A DNA stretch of 64,000 nt from Amoebidium appalachense (taxonomy: Eukaryota; Protista; Ichthyosporea). Shown here piece by piece: positions 29,476-42,777 of this stretch. Made by a program: the position numbers and the translations under genes. Location of the stretch: the NCBI GenBank assembly GCA_963693365.1, contig CAVNZM010000005.1, positions 2,098,342 to 2,162,341 on the forward strand, written 5' to 3'. Below the pieces are notes generated by a model. The model saw only the letters and a program-made list of their open reading frames with translations, searched no databases and was not told the origin of the DNA. Position 1 is the stretch's first letter, and the number at the start of each line of letters is the position of its first letter.

Positions 29476-30114
29476 GCAGCGCAGAGTTGGCCAATGAACG
29501 GTCAAAGCTAGCGCGAAGTAGTGAATATTCAACGAAGCTAGCGCAGAGTTCACGTTGGCCAATAAACGGTCAAAGCAGCCCAGAGTTGGCCAATAAACGG
29601 TCAACCAAACACGAACCCTCGGTCAATATCCGGTCAACCCGAACTCGTGTTTGGCGCAAATCTAGTGAACCCAAAACGAACATCGCGCGAACCCCTGCCA
29701 ATATCCGGTCAACCCGAACTCGTGTTTGGCGCAAATCTAGTGAACCCAAAACGAACATCGCGCGAACCCCTGCCAATATCCGGTCAACCAACACGAACCC
29801 TCAGTCAATATCGTTCGATCCACGGAGCATCCATTTCAATATTGGTCGAATCACGGAGACCACCTTTGAATAATGCTTGAATCGTATTCACCCGCTATTC
29901 AATCTGATTGGTCGAAACATTAAATCTGATTGTACGAAACCGGTTCAATCTGATTGGTCGAAACATTAAATCTGATTGCACGAAACCGGTTCAATCTGAT
30001 TGGTCGAAACCGTTTATTGACAGGAGTCCCAATTGTTGGGGATGACCGGCTGGCTACCACCCCAGCACGTGCTTCTCCAGGAAGCGCACGAGGTACACCT
30101 TGACCGGGTGCAGG
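29476..30114. repeat. CCAAT-rich repeat region copy 2 plus a ~65-bp remnant of the Bro-N gene 3' end
   Basis: Direct-orientation homology to 8145-8530; 30050-30114 matches 8812-8873. Confidence 0.85.
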
Positions 30115-30197
30115 CAAAGACGTAAAAGATGAAAAATAAATAGAGAAGCCACGGGCAAGAGGGTGGGAAGCCCCCCTCCCCCAAAAAACAAAACAAA

Positions 30198-30327
30198 GAG
30201 CGCACGGTCATAGCGCTCATGACACATCTCTCCAAGAACACCTGTGCAAGCGCACGGTGATTGCGCTCATGACCCTACACTCACACAACACAGGTGCAAG
30301 CATACGCATTGCCCCAACCCCCCCGCC

Positions 30328-30391
<64 letters not shown>

Positions 30392-30665
30392 AAAGCGCCC
30401 GGTGATAGCGCTCATGACACATCTCTCCAAGAACACATGTGCAAGCGCACGGTGATTGCGCTCATTAACCTACTCTCAAACAACACAGGTGCAAGCACAC
30501 GGTGATAGCGCTCAAGCGCACTGTAATAGCGCTCATGACCCTACTCTCAAACAATACATGTGCAAGCGCACCGTGATAGCGCTCATGCCCCTACTCTCAA
30601 ACAACACATGTGCAAGCCCACGGTGATAGCGCTCATGACCCTACTCTCAAACAACACATGTGCAC
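30198..30665 (+). repeat. 50-bp repeat array (left arm)
   Basis: Unit GTGATAGCGCTCATGACCCTACTCTCAAACAACACATGTGCAAGCGCACG, degenerate copies. Confidence 0.85.
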
Positions 30666-31505
30666 ACACAAAGGCATTCGGGAACACACATGCACACTTT
30701 GCATCCCCCCTCCCCCCCCCCCCCCCCCCCCCCCACAATCCCCCTCCCCCACACACACACAAAGGCATTCGGGAACACACATGCACACTTTGCATCCCCC
30801 CTCCCCCCCCCCCCCCCCCCACAATCCCCCTCCCCCACACACACACAAAGGCATTCGGGAACACACATGCACACTTTGCATCCCCCCCCCCCCCCCCCCC
30901 CCCCCAATCCCCCTCCCCCCACACACACACAAAGGCATTCGGGAACACACATGCACACTTTGCATCCCCCCTCCCCCCCCCCCCCCCACAATCCCCCTCC
31001 CCCCACACACACACAAAGGCATTCGGGAACACACATGCACACTTTGCATCCCCCCTCCCCCCCCCCCCCCCCCCACAATCCCCCCTCCCCCCACACACAC
31101 ACAAAGGCATTCGGGAACACACATGCACACTTTGCATCCCCCCTCCCCCCCCCCCCCCCACAATCCCCCTCCCCCCACACACACACAAAGGCATTCGGGA
31201 ACACACATGCACACTTTGCATCCCCCCCCTCCCCCCCCCCCCCCCCCCCCCCACAATCCCCCTCCCCCCACACACACACAAAGGCATTCGGGAACACACA
31301 TGCACACTTTGCATCCCCCCTCCCCCCCCCCCCCCCCCCCCCCCCCCCCACAATCCCCCTCCCCCCACACACATACAAAGGCATTCGGGAACACACATGC
31401 ACACTTTGCATCCCCCCTCCCCCCCCCCCCCCCCCCCCCACAATCCCCCTCCCCCCCCCCACACACAAAGGCATTCGGGCACACACATGCACACTTTGCA
31501 TCCCC
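30665..31505. repeat. ~85-bp minisatellite with variable poly-C, about 10 copies
   Basis: Repeated CACAAAGGCATTCGGGAACACACATGCACACTTTGCATCCCC. Confidence 0.9.
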
Positions 31506-31619
31506 CTCCACCCCCTTCGTGAGAATGCACTGAGTGTCACATATTTATAATAAGTTGAATTTTATTGATTGTGAAAAAGCACGAAGTCGCCTACCCTGCT
31601 AGTAATATGGTGATACCGA

Positions 31620-33479
31620 TCAGTCAGGCCATTGATCGTAAAAGAGCACGAAGTCGCCTGGCCTGCTGGTAATATGGTGATACCGATCACAGTCAGGCCA
31701 AAGTTCATCCCATGTGTTGGTTGCTGCTTCATAATACAACCAGTGGTCGTATGGTTCACCAACTACTTGCACATGGTGATTCCTGATGGCATCCTCGAGG
31801 GCTATCTGACACGGCAGTTGCGGGTACCAATCCGCACCATCCAAAACCTCGGCGATAGGAACAGCACTCCACAGGGCATCCGCGCTGGGAGACGTGTCAG
31901 GCTGGCCCGTGGTCTTGTTAATACCGATATAGCTGCCGCGCTGTTGTTCCAAATGGTCGGAGGGGGTTTGTACCCAAAATAACTCGATGTCTGCCTGCCA
32001 GGGGCAGACGCCGTCGGCATCGTTGAGCATGATTTGGTCAAATCCACTCGGGGGGTAGATGACGGCCGCTTGCCGGGTTTCGGTGTCGTAAGCATACAAC
32101 CCGTCAACAACGAATGGCAAATCTCTACCTTGCCCCTCCGCTTTGGCTGTTTTGAACTCTTCGCGCTCAACATCTTTCCTGATTGTGTCAATTAAGTCTC
32201 CCCAATCGAAGGGAAGCACAATGACGTGTCGTTTGTTCATGACGTCCACAAGCATCTGCCACGACACGCCCACTTGCAGACGCCGCATGTATGTGGAAAT
32301 TTCGACGGTTTCGATGTCGGTATCGATCTGGCCCAGGGGAACAAACTCGCCTTCTTCCTGCCCTTCCTGAATCTCGTAAGCAAACCACCCCGTGCACCGC
32401 CCGAATATGTTTTTGCGCTCGGCAGGCCCACCCTCGCTGTAATCCGCCTGGACCCTGCTAACTAAATTCGAAAGCTTTTTGTCCCATTCCAGCTTGTGTC
32501 TAATGATGTTTGCGTAGTCGTACAGGTGGGCTTGGGTACGGGGTGCAGTTGTAACTGGCGGGTTTGAGGCAGCTTGTGCCAAAATATTGGCCTTTTGGGT
32601 GGCCATATCTAGTATTATATTCGCATGGACATCGTCGTAGCCGTCGTTGTCGTGGTCCCTCCGGTGGGCATAATGGTCCATCAATCGCAGCAGCAAACAC
32701 GTGTTAAACGACTCTAACGTATACGCAGAGCTGTCTAACTTGACAACTCCTGCAGACCCTCGCAACCACGCAGTGCACGGCGGGTAATGCCGCAGTTTGC
32801 CGTCCCCCGTGTACCCCTCACTGGGGTGTGTCTCTACGATCCTTCTAATAGCATCCTCAGGAAGTAAACCCCACCAGTTCCAGAACCTACTATCCTGAAA
32901 ATCACTGTTATTCTCTATGGCGTATTGGACATCCGCCAAAGTGGAGGTTGCAAAAAACATATCGGCAAAGCTCTCGCTCGTTTTTTGGTCCAGTTCGGAC
33001 ATTTTTGCCGCAATCTCTGCTGCTGTGGCCTGCATCACCGTCCTAGTTGCAAGGCAACAGCGCCCTTCAGGGTTGTACACGGCCAGCTTGTCATAGCTTC
33101 GGAGGTACACCGCTGTGCATGCACGGAAACCTGCTTTCAACTCTTCCTGCAGTTGCAATAGACTCAACGAGGTGTCTACCTCAAACACAACAAAAGGGTG
33201 CAACGTTTCCACTAGAGTGACATCTTCGGGGGTTGAAACCGTGGCAAGGCCGTTGGTGTTTGCAAGAGAAAACACTACAACATCTTCCCCTACAGGGCCT
33301 AACAACAGCGGTGTCTTCGATGGAACGATCCGAACACACACTGGCATTGAGGGTGCAAGTCCCATTGCTGACAGCGAAATAATAATTCTGCCTATACCCT
33401 GCATGCCAAATCCTGTTGTGTTTTCGTGCAGCTGAGGTCGGTGTATTTGAAACGATTTGGATATAATAACATCAGTCAT
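31620..33479 (-). CDS. Intronless hypothetical protein (619 aa)
   Basis: Long ORF in non-repetitive DNA with CCAAT boxes upstream (33480-33580). The 3' end has a ~67-bp duplication (DRYHHITSRxGDFVLF twice, second copy out of frame). Confidence 0.7.
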   Translation of the reverse strand: MTDVIISKSFQIHRPQLHENTTGFGMQGIGRIIISLSAMGLAPSMPVCVRIVPSKTPLLLGPVGEDVVVFSLANTNGLATVSTPEDVTLVETLHPFVVFEVDTSLSLLQLQEELKAGFRACTAVYLRSYDKLAVYNPEGRCCLATRTVMQATAAEIAAKMSELDQKTSESFADMFFATSTLADVQYAIENNSDFQDSRFWNWWGLLPEDAIRRIVETHPSEGYTGDGKLRHYPPCTAWLRGSAGVVKLDSSAYTLESFNTCLLLRLMDHYAHRRDHDNDGYDDVHANIILDMATQKANILAQAASNPPVTTAPRTQAHLYDYANIIRHKLEWDKKLSNLVSRVQADYSEGGPAERKNIFGRCTGWFAYEIQEGQEEGEFVPLGQIDTDIETVEISTYMRRLQVGVSWQMLVDVMNKRHVIVLPFDWGDLIDTIRKDVEREEFKTAKAEGQGRDLPFVVDGLYAYDTETRQAAVIYPPSGFDQIMLNDADGVCPWQADIELFWVQTPSDHLEQQRGSYIGINKTTGQPDTSPSADALWSAVPIAEVLDGADWYPQLPCQIALEDAIRNHHVQVVGEPYDHWLYYEAATNTWDELWPDCDRYHHITSRPGDFVLFYDQWPD

Positions 33480-33832
33480 CGCGCTGATTGGCTAAACGCG
33501 GATGACACATCTTTTCGGATGATTGGTTGGATAAATCTAGTTACCATCGGCTAGCCGCGCTGATTGGCCAAATCCAATTGGTGTTGCTTCGGCATAACCC
33601 GTGCGCAAGCCCGAAAATTCGGATTTGTTTCTTGGTATTTTTTGAAGTCCGGAATATTTTTGCCTGGGGTGTATGGTATATTTTCATCCCCAGTTAAAGG
33701 GGGTGAAAGGGGGTTCCTATTTTAGCTTACCACGAAATTTGCAGGGGTTTACCATAAACTGAAAATATGATGGTATTTTTGAAACGTTTAGGGTATTTTT
33801 TACCGTAAAAACGGGGTTATGGTCGGGCCTGC

Positions 33833-34103
33833 CCGTGCGCTTGCACCTGTGTTGCTTGAGAGTAGGGTCATGAGCGCTATCACCGTGCGCTTGCACCTGT
33901 GTTGCTTGAGAGTAGGGTCATGAGCGCTATCACCGTGCGCTTGCACCTGTGTTGCTTGAGAGTAGGGTCATGAGCGCTATCACCGTGCGCTTGCACCTGT
34001 GTTGCTTGAGAGTAGGGTCATGAGCGCTATCACCGTGCGCTTGCACCTGTGTTGTTGGCGAGTAGGGTCATGATCGCTATCACCATACCCTTGCTCATGA
34101 GCG
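33833..34103 (-). repeat. 50-bp repeat array (right arm), inverted relative to 30198-30665
   Basis: About five near-perfect copies of CACCGTGCGCTTGCACCTGTGTTGCTTGAGAGTAGGGTCATGAGCGCTAT. Confidence 0.9.
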
Positions 34104-34187
34104 CCCCCCCCCCCTCCCCCCCCCCCAAACCCTCCTCCCATCTGCCCGCACAACCCCAACCCCACATTATATCGTGCACCGGGTAAC

Positions 34188-34580
34188 ATGGACGCTGGCG
34201 CACCCCTTCCCCCACCCAGCCCATTCGCACCCCCTCCCCCGATCCGCACAAGCCCGCGCAGCACCCCCGGGCCCTCCCCCATCCTACTGGCCATCCTGGC
34301 CGGCCTGATCCTCTACGTGCTCTGGGACACGTTCAGCCCACGTGTGCGGCGGCGCCTGGCAGTGCTCAAGTGCCAGCGTGCGTGCCCAATGTGTGCCAGC
34401 TGCGGCAGCTGCGTTCCCCGCCGCAAGTGTGCGCACTGCCCCCGCTGCCACGTGTGCGGTGCCAGCCCCACTCGGTGCGCACAGTGCCCCGCATGCACGC
34501 GCTGCCCGCCCGAGCAGAAGTGCCCGGCGTGCCCCACGTGTGCGCATGCGCCTGCGGTGGTGATCAAGGAGCGCACTTGA
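34188..34580 (+). CDS. TM-anchored protein with CxxC/CPxCP repeats
   Basis: ILLAILAGLILYVLW followed by repeated CxxC pairs, a type common in NCLDV membrane proteins. Confidence 0.65.
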   Translation: MDAGAPLPPPSPFAPPPPIRTSPRSTPGPSPILLAILAGLILYVLWDTFSPRVRRRLAVLKCQRACPMCASCGSCVPRRKCAHCPRCHVCGASPTRCAQCPACTRCPPEQKCPACPTCAHAPAVVIKERT

Positions 34581-34616
34581 AGGGTTGGGTGAGCAGAGAT
34601 TTTTGTGGCATAGAGT

Positions 34617-34877
34617 ATGGCGTACCAATGGGAGTACAAGCTGAAGGAGGAGCCCGGCAAGGCACCCGTGGTGCAGGCAACTATTGTGCCGACCGAGGCC
34701 ACCACCCGGCGGACGCAGATGGAGCAACGAGCATACGCACAAGAGCTTGCGGAAAAGGGCTATATAGATCTGCCCGATGAGTTGGCGGAGAAGTGTGGAT
34801 TCAAGAAGTGGGTGCCGAAGAATCAACGACAGACAGCAATTGTACTGCAGAAGATGATGGAGCCTGAGGATGCATAG
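34617..34877 (+). CDS. Hypothetical protein (86 aa)
   Basis: ATG ORF directly after 34580 with coding-like composition. Confidence 0.5.
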   Translation: MAYQWEYKLKEEPGKAPVVQATIVPTEATTRRTQMEQRAYAQELAEKGYIDLPDELAEKCGFKKWVPKNQRQTAIVLQKMMEPEDA

Positions 34878-34909
34878 AGACCTACACACAAAGGATGAAT
34901 GGACTTACA

Positions 34910-36119
<1,210 letters not shown>

Positions 36120-36122
<3 letters not shown>

Positions 36123-36446
36123 GGCCACATTCATTTTGGCTTCCTCCTCGAACTCCTTGATGTCAGCCTTGTACTTCTCTCTCAGCTTTTTCCACTGTGC
36201 AGGGGACACCTGTGGGTTGATAGTTGGGTGTAAGTGGTAGTCCAGCCAGGTGATTTGTTTATGCAAGGCTCAGACATCACTGTATGCCATTACCTCAAAC
36301 ACACCCACGCACCCACCACTACACCACCATGGCACACACCCACAGAAAACGAACTCCTACGTGTGGACCAGGTCAAGAAAAACTCTGCAAGGACCCAAAA
36401 AACCGTTTTTACGAACCCCTACATGTAATTGTGAATGCTAGGGCAT

Positions 36447-36483
<37 letters not shown>

Positions 36484-36485
36484 CA

Positions 36486-36516
<31 letters not shown>

Positions 36517-39500
36517 GTGTTTGTTTGTTTTTTTTTTTTTTTTTTTTTTTTTTGGGGGGGGGGGGGAGGGGGGGAGGGGGGTTACCTTGAAAACGTGTTT
36601 CCTGTCAGTGTAGCCACACGTGCATGCCGGGGGGGGCTTCTTGCCAGCGACCACAAGCCAGTTGACCGTGGCAAAATTTACCGCCTCGGCCAAGCTGCTA
36701 CCAGTAGCATACCCAAAGTGGTATGCCCCAGGCAATGTGTAGATGACCTCGCCGGCCTGCTGAACCGTGTGCTGCACAGGAACACCCTTCTTCATCAAGT
36801 AACGGGGGTGGATGAACACAGACTGTCCCACCCACATGTTAGTCATATGAAAAACCGGGTGGTCGTTTTTGTAAGTGCTTTTTTGTTTTTTGTTCTTCAC
36901 GTCATTCACGTCAGTGTCTACCACTCCCTCTCTCTCTCTCTTCTTGTAGTCCTCTGTTGTGTGTGTGGTCGTTTTTTTTTTTTTTTTTTTTTTTTTTGGG
37001 GGGGGGGTGGTGAGGGATTACCTTATGCTGTGTGACTTTCTTGCAGATACCGGCCCCCGAAAGGCCAAGCCTCTTGTAGATATCCTCGAGGATAGACGTG
37101 ACCTGTCCATTGTACTCTGCACTGATTATATACCAGCTTTTGTCTCCGGGCCCACGGGTCATGATGTTGACACTTCCGAGCAGACCGTCTTCTGTGTGGG
37201 GCACAAACGGAGACCCCGTCGTGACACTGCAAGGAGGCATGTGATTGGGGTTAAAACAATAATTAGTTCCGACTTCGATGTGATCCAATACATTCCGAGA
37301 AGACCTGACCCATACACATACACCCAGGATGGTTCTGTGAACAAAAGGGGCATTCTGCAAACCTGCCTTTTTTCCCTTTGTTGTTTGTTGTTGTGTTTTT
37401 TTTTTTTTGGGGGGGGGGGGGAAGGGGTGGGGGGGCATACTTATAGAGCATCGGTGTTGAGATGCCCTCACAGTTCTGGAACTCTCTCGATACAATCGAG
37501 CCCAGCGTCTCCAAGCTGAACATGTAGTCGATTTCTTCCCTCACTACCTGTACACACACCACATTGCATCAACACAACATACACTCTCCGCACAAACACA
37601 CGCACACACCCATGCCTACACAACATGCACTCTCTGCTGCACAAACACACGCACACACCCATGCCTACACAACATGCACCCTCTGCTGCACACACACGAA
37701 TACACCCATGCCTATACAACATGCACCCTCTGCTGCACACACACGAATACACCCATGCCTACACAACATGCACCCTCTGCTGCACACACACGAATACACC
37801 CATGCCTACACAACATGCACCCTCTGCTGCACACACACGAATACACCCATGCCTATACAACATGCACCCTCTGCTGCACACACACGAATACACCCATGCC
37901 TACACAACATGCACCCTCTGCTGCACACACACGAATACACCCATGCCTACAGAATACACCCATGCCTTCACAACATGCACCCTCTGCTGCACACACACGA
38001 ATACACCCATGCCTACAGAATACACCCATGCCTTCACAACATGCACCCTCTGCTGCACACACACGAATACACCCATGCCTACAGAATACACCCATGCCTT
38101 CACAACATGCACCCTCTGCTGCACACACACGAATACACCCATGCCTACACAACATGCACCCTCTGCTGCACACACACGAATACACCCATGCCTACAGAAT
38201 ACACCCATGCCTTCACAACATGCACCCTCTGCTGCACACACACGAATACACCCATGCCTACAGAATACACCCATGCCTTCACAACATGCACCCTCTGCTG
38301 CACACACACGAATACACCCATGCCTACACAACATGCACCCTCTGCTGCACACACACGAATACACCCATGCCTACAGAATACACCCATGCCTTCACAACAT
38401 GCACCCTCTGCTGCACACACACAAATACACCCATGCCTACACAACATGCACCCTCTGCTGCACACACACGAATACACCCATGCCTTCACAACATGCACCC
38501 TCTGCTGCACACACACGAATACACCCATGCCTACACAACATGCACCCTCTGCTGCACACACACGAATACACCCATGCCTACACAACATGCACCCTCTGCT
38601 GCACACACACGAATACACCCATGCCTTCACAACATGCACCCTCTGCTGCACACACACGAATACACCCATGCCTACACAACATGCACCCTCTGCTGCACAC
38701 ACACGAATACACCCATGCCTACACAACATGCACCCTCTGCTGCACACACACGAATACACCCATGCCTTCACAACATGCACCCTCTGCTGCACACACACGA
38801 ATACACCCATGCCTACACAACATGCACCCTCTGCTGCACACACACGAATACACCCATGCCTACACAACATGCACCCTCTGCTGCACACACACGAATACAC
38901 CCATGCCTTCACAACATGCACCCTCTGCTGCACACACACGAATACACCCATGCCTTCACAACATGCACCCTCTGCTGCACACACACGAATACACCCATGC
39001 CTACACAACATGCACCCTCTGCTGCACACACACGAATACACCCATGCCTACACAACATGCACCCTCTGCTGCACACACACGAATACACCCGGGCCCATGC
39101 CTTCACAACATGCACCCTCTGCTGCACACACACAAATACACCCATGCCTACACAACATGCACCCTCTGCTGCACACACACGAATACACCCATGCCTTCAC
39201 AACATGCACCCTCTGCTGCACACACACGAATACACCCATGCCTACACAACATGCACCCTCTGCTGCACACACACGAATACACCCATGCCTACACAACATG
39301 CACCCTCTGCTGCACACACACGAATACACCCATGCCTTCACAACATGCACCCTCTGCTGCACACACACGAATACACCCATGCCTACACAACATGCACCCT
39401 CTGCTGCACACACACGAATACACCCATGCCTACACAACATGCACCCTCTGCTGCACACACACGAATACACCCATGCCTTCACAACATGCACCCTCTGCTG

Positions 39501-41127
39501 CACACACACGAATACACCCATGCCTACACAACATGCACCCTCTGCTGCACACACACGAATACACCCATGCCTACACAACATGCACCCTCTGCTGCACACA
39601 CACGAATACACCCATGCCTTCACAACATGCACCCTCTGCTGCACACACACGAATACACCCATGCCTTCACAACATGCACCCTCTGCTGCACACACACGAA
39701 TACACCCATGCCTACACAACATGCACCCTCTGCTGCACACACACGAATACACCCATGCCTACACAACATGCACCCTCTGCTGCACACACACGAATACACC
39801 CGGGCCCATGCCTTCACAACATGCACCCTCTGCTGCACACACACGAATACACCCATGCCTTCACAACATGCACCCTCTGCTGCACACACACGAATACACC
39901 CATGCCTACACAACATGCACCCTCAGCTGCACACACACGAATACACCCATGCCTACACAACATGCACCCTCTGCACAAACACACGCACATACACACACAT
40001 GACACACACGTACCTCACTGGGTGTATGGGTGTTTTTAAGAGGTGTCAGATCCGTTCCGTAAAAGAACATTTTACTGTAAGTTTCCGGTAAGCAGTCCAA
40101 TTGCCCCCAGAACTCCTCCTCATCCAACGGGTCCCCCTGCTCAATCGTGTTAGCTCCTGTTCACGGTAACCATACCCTAATGGTTGCAAATACGCACCTC
40201 TGGAATTTGCTCTTTGATGTCGTCCCTATAAACGAGGAAGACATCCTTGATGGCGGTAGCCTCCAGACAGATCTTGGTGTAGGATTTTCTCACTGGTGTG
40301 GCCCAAGCAGCCTCTTTCAGCCCCTGCACTACCGGTTCGGGAAGCATGAACTTGACGGCACCAGCTGCCCGAACCTCGTGTCGTTTTTCCATTACCCTAA
40401 CTATCGTCTCAAATGAGAGCTTTTCTAACTGCAGTTGGCTGAGATGTTTAACGGGTACCTCGGTGAACCCCACCGACTCCCCTGTCTCCGCCCCCTGCTG
40501 TTGCCCCCTATCCGCCTCCTCCGCTTCTTGCTCTGTGTGTGTGTGTGTGTGTGTGCCATGCGTGTGTGCACGTGTGTGCCGGGTGTGTGTGCATGTTTGT
40601 GCCGGGTGTGCGTGTGCGTGTGTGTCGGGGTGGGGGGTAGGATTAGCCAAGGTGGATGCACGTGTGCAGGTGTGTGCTCTCTCTCTCTCTCTGTGTATGT
40701 GTGTGGTGGTGGTGGTGGTTGGGTGTGTGTGGCGGGGACTAGTCGAGGTGCCCAGGTGCATGCATGCGTGCAGACGTGTAATGGCTTGTGTGTTGGGGGG
40801 GGGGGGGGGGGGGGATAGCCTGGCAGGTGCATGCGTGCGTGCAGACGTATGATCCCTTCCGTGTGTGTGCGGGGAGAGGGGGGATAGCCCAGGTGCATGC
40901 ATGCGTGCAGACGTGTGATCCCTTCCGTGTGTGTGCGGGGAGAGGGGGGATAGCCCAGGTGCATGCATGCGTGCAGACGTGTGATCCCTTCCGTGTGTGT
41001 GCGGGGAGAGGGGGGATAGCCCAGGTGGATGCATGCGTGCAGACGTGTGATCCCTTCCGTGTGTGTGCGGGGAGAGGGGGGATAGCCCAGGTGCATGCAT
41101 GCGTGCAGACGTGTAATGGCTTGTGTG

Positions 41128-41161
<34 letters not shown>

Positions 41162-42222
41162 GCGGGGGGATAGCCCAGGTGCATGCGTGCGTGCAGACGT
41201 GTGATCCCTTCCGTGTGTGTGCGGGGAGAGGGGGGATAGCCCAGGTGCATGCATGCGTGCAGACGTGTAATGGCTTGTGTGTTGGGGGGGGGGGGGGGTT
41301 ACCCGGCCTGAAATCCCAAGGAGATGTGTTGCGGGTGTGGCGGTAGCCCTCTGCCCCCTCTGCCCCTCCCTCTCCCCTCCCCCATCCCCACCCTCTCCCT
41401 CTCCCTCCCCCTCCCCCTCTCCCCCCTCCCCACCCCCACCCTCTCCCTCTCCCTCCCCCTCCCCCTCTCCCCCCTCCCCACGCCCACCCTCTCCCTCTCC
41501 CTCCCCCTCCCCCTCTCCCCCCTCCCCACCCCCACCCTCTCCCTCTCCCTCCCCCTCTCCCTCCCCCTCTCCCCCTCCCCACCCCCTCCCTCTCCCCCCT
41601 CCACTCTTGCCCGCTTTCTCGGTCGGTCACTCGTCGGTGCAGGTAGCTTGAAAGCGGGGCTGCCTGGGGGGCTACGTGCAGCCCCATCCCACCACACTTT
41701 CCATCCGTGCTTTTTGAAGATGCGACAAATCTGGAACTCCCCCGGCAAAGTACCCACCACGGCAGGTATGCGACTGTAGTCCTTACTGCCAGGATACAGA
41801 GAAATGCGACCGAGCTTCACCGCCCAACCCTCACTCGAAAACGGATGATAGCTGTGAAGATCATAAATCTTCCATCGAGGACCACCAAATCTGAGAATCC
41901 AGGCTACAACTTCCGGGATGCCCATGTCGTTTTCGAATTCGTGTAGGTTGTAGTTCTTCCTGCAACTAGGACGTCCGTCGTCCAGTTCAATCAAAAAAAC
42001 ATAAACATGTTCTGAACCCGTTGGCATCACCAAATATATGATCGGTGCGAGTTTTTTTTTTTGAGGATGACGATAAATACTCTGACGTGTGAGTAGCCTT
42101 TTACCGGTAAATATAACTGACGGATCAACGTCGTTCGAAAGCCTAAATGTGGGTGGGTCGAGTGGTATGCTGCTCGGGAATGCACGAGTGATGAGCGCCA
42201 GAATATTGCCGTTGACAGCCAT
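36120..42222 (-). CDS. KDM4: Divergent KDM4/JMJD2-like JmjN+JmjC histone demethylase, spliced
   Basis: Exons ~40200-40532 (JmjN-like VPV...GAVKFMLP), 40014-40156 (EEEFW..YGTDL), 37441-37547 (EGISTPMLY), 37022-37226 (FVPHTED..GSVN..DKSWY..C..QHK), 36586-36822 (QQAGEVIYTLPGAYHFG..AEAVNFAT..CTC) and 36120-36209, with GT-AG junctions. Linkage of the 5' exon (~41300-42222) is less certain. Confidence 0.85.
37610..39975. repeat. 47-bp minisatellite (~45-50 copies) filling a KDM4 intron
   Basis: Unit ACACAACATGCACCCTCTGCTGCACACACACGAATACACCCATGCCT. Confidence 0.95.
40750..41290. repeat. 66-bp intronic minisatellite
   Basis: Repeated GGGATAGCCCAGGTGCATGCATGCGTGCAGACGTGTGATCCCTTCC... Confidence 0.9.
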
Positions 42223-42337
42223 GTTGCTGTGTGTGTTTTTGTGATGTGTGTAATTGTGAGCACCCTCTGCCTGTAAGACTGTCTGTGAGAGCGCTCTGTC
42301 TGTGTGCTTGTGCCACCGTGTTGTAGCGCTCGTGCTT

Positions 42338-42477
<140 letters not shown>

Positions 42478-42777
42478 AATCGTTCCTAGGAAAGCTCGTG
42501 CATGCGCGCGCTATGTTTTTTGTGTCCAGTCTAACAATGTTTGTGTTTAGCAGAACTCGTTTGTGTGTGTGCTCTGTTTTCGTATCCCAAACAATCTACG
42601 ATTGTGTGCATAAGCCTAAAATGTGCCTCGCACAGGGAAACATGAAGGAAATTCTATGTATCTGTATTGGCTAAAAAAGGGGACAACTGATAGCGCGGTG
42701 TGCACAGGTTATTATAACAAGTTTCTTTGTTGTTTTCGTTCTGTTTTTGGCAATCTAGCCTATTTGTAATTACAATG

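Larger units (their letters stand above)
2113..34877. mobile_element. Endogenous giant virus (Nucleocytoviricota) insertion, partial; virus-like ORFs may extend to ~49.4 kb
   Basis: Closely packed intronless ORFs with NCLDV-type families (A22-like resolvase, Nudix, penton-like, Bro-N/T5orf172, SF3 helicase, MTase, MGxxxS and CPxCP membrane proteins) on a contig that also carries intron-containing host genes. Confidence 0.8.

Noticed and set aside
30560-31550. ~300-aa Pro/His- and Gly/Cys-rich ORFs in six frames (similar ones at 46.1-47.8 kb and 59.6-60.4 kb)
   Set aside because: They are artefacts of poly-C, (CA)n and minisatellite sequence.
2113-34877. Prophage, bacterial contaminant, or Polinton/adintovirus
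   Set aside because: There are no Shine-Dalgarno/operon features or phage structural genes, and no pPolB, integrase or element-wide TIRs. The A22-type resolvase, Nudix and TATA/AATAAA signals fit an NCLDV better.
37564-40091. Three ~800-aa ORFs in all + frames
   Set aside because: They are translations of a stop-free 47-bp minisatellite lying in a KDM4 intron on the opposite strand.
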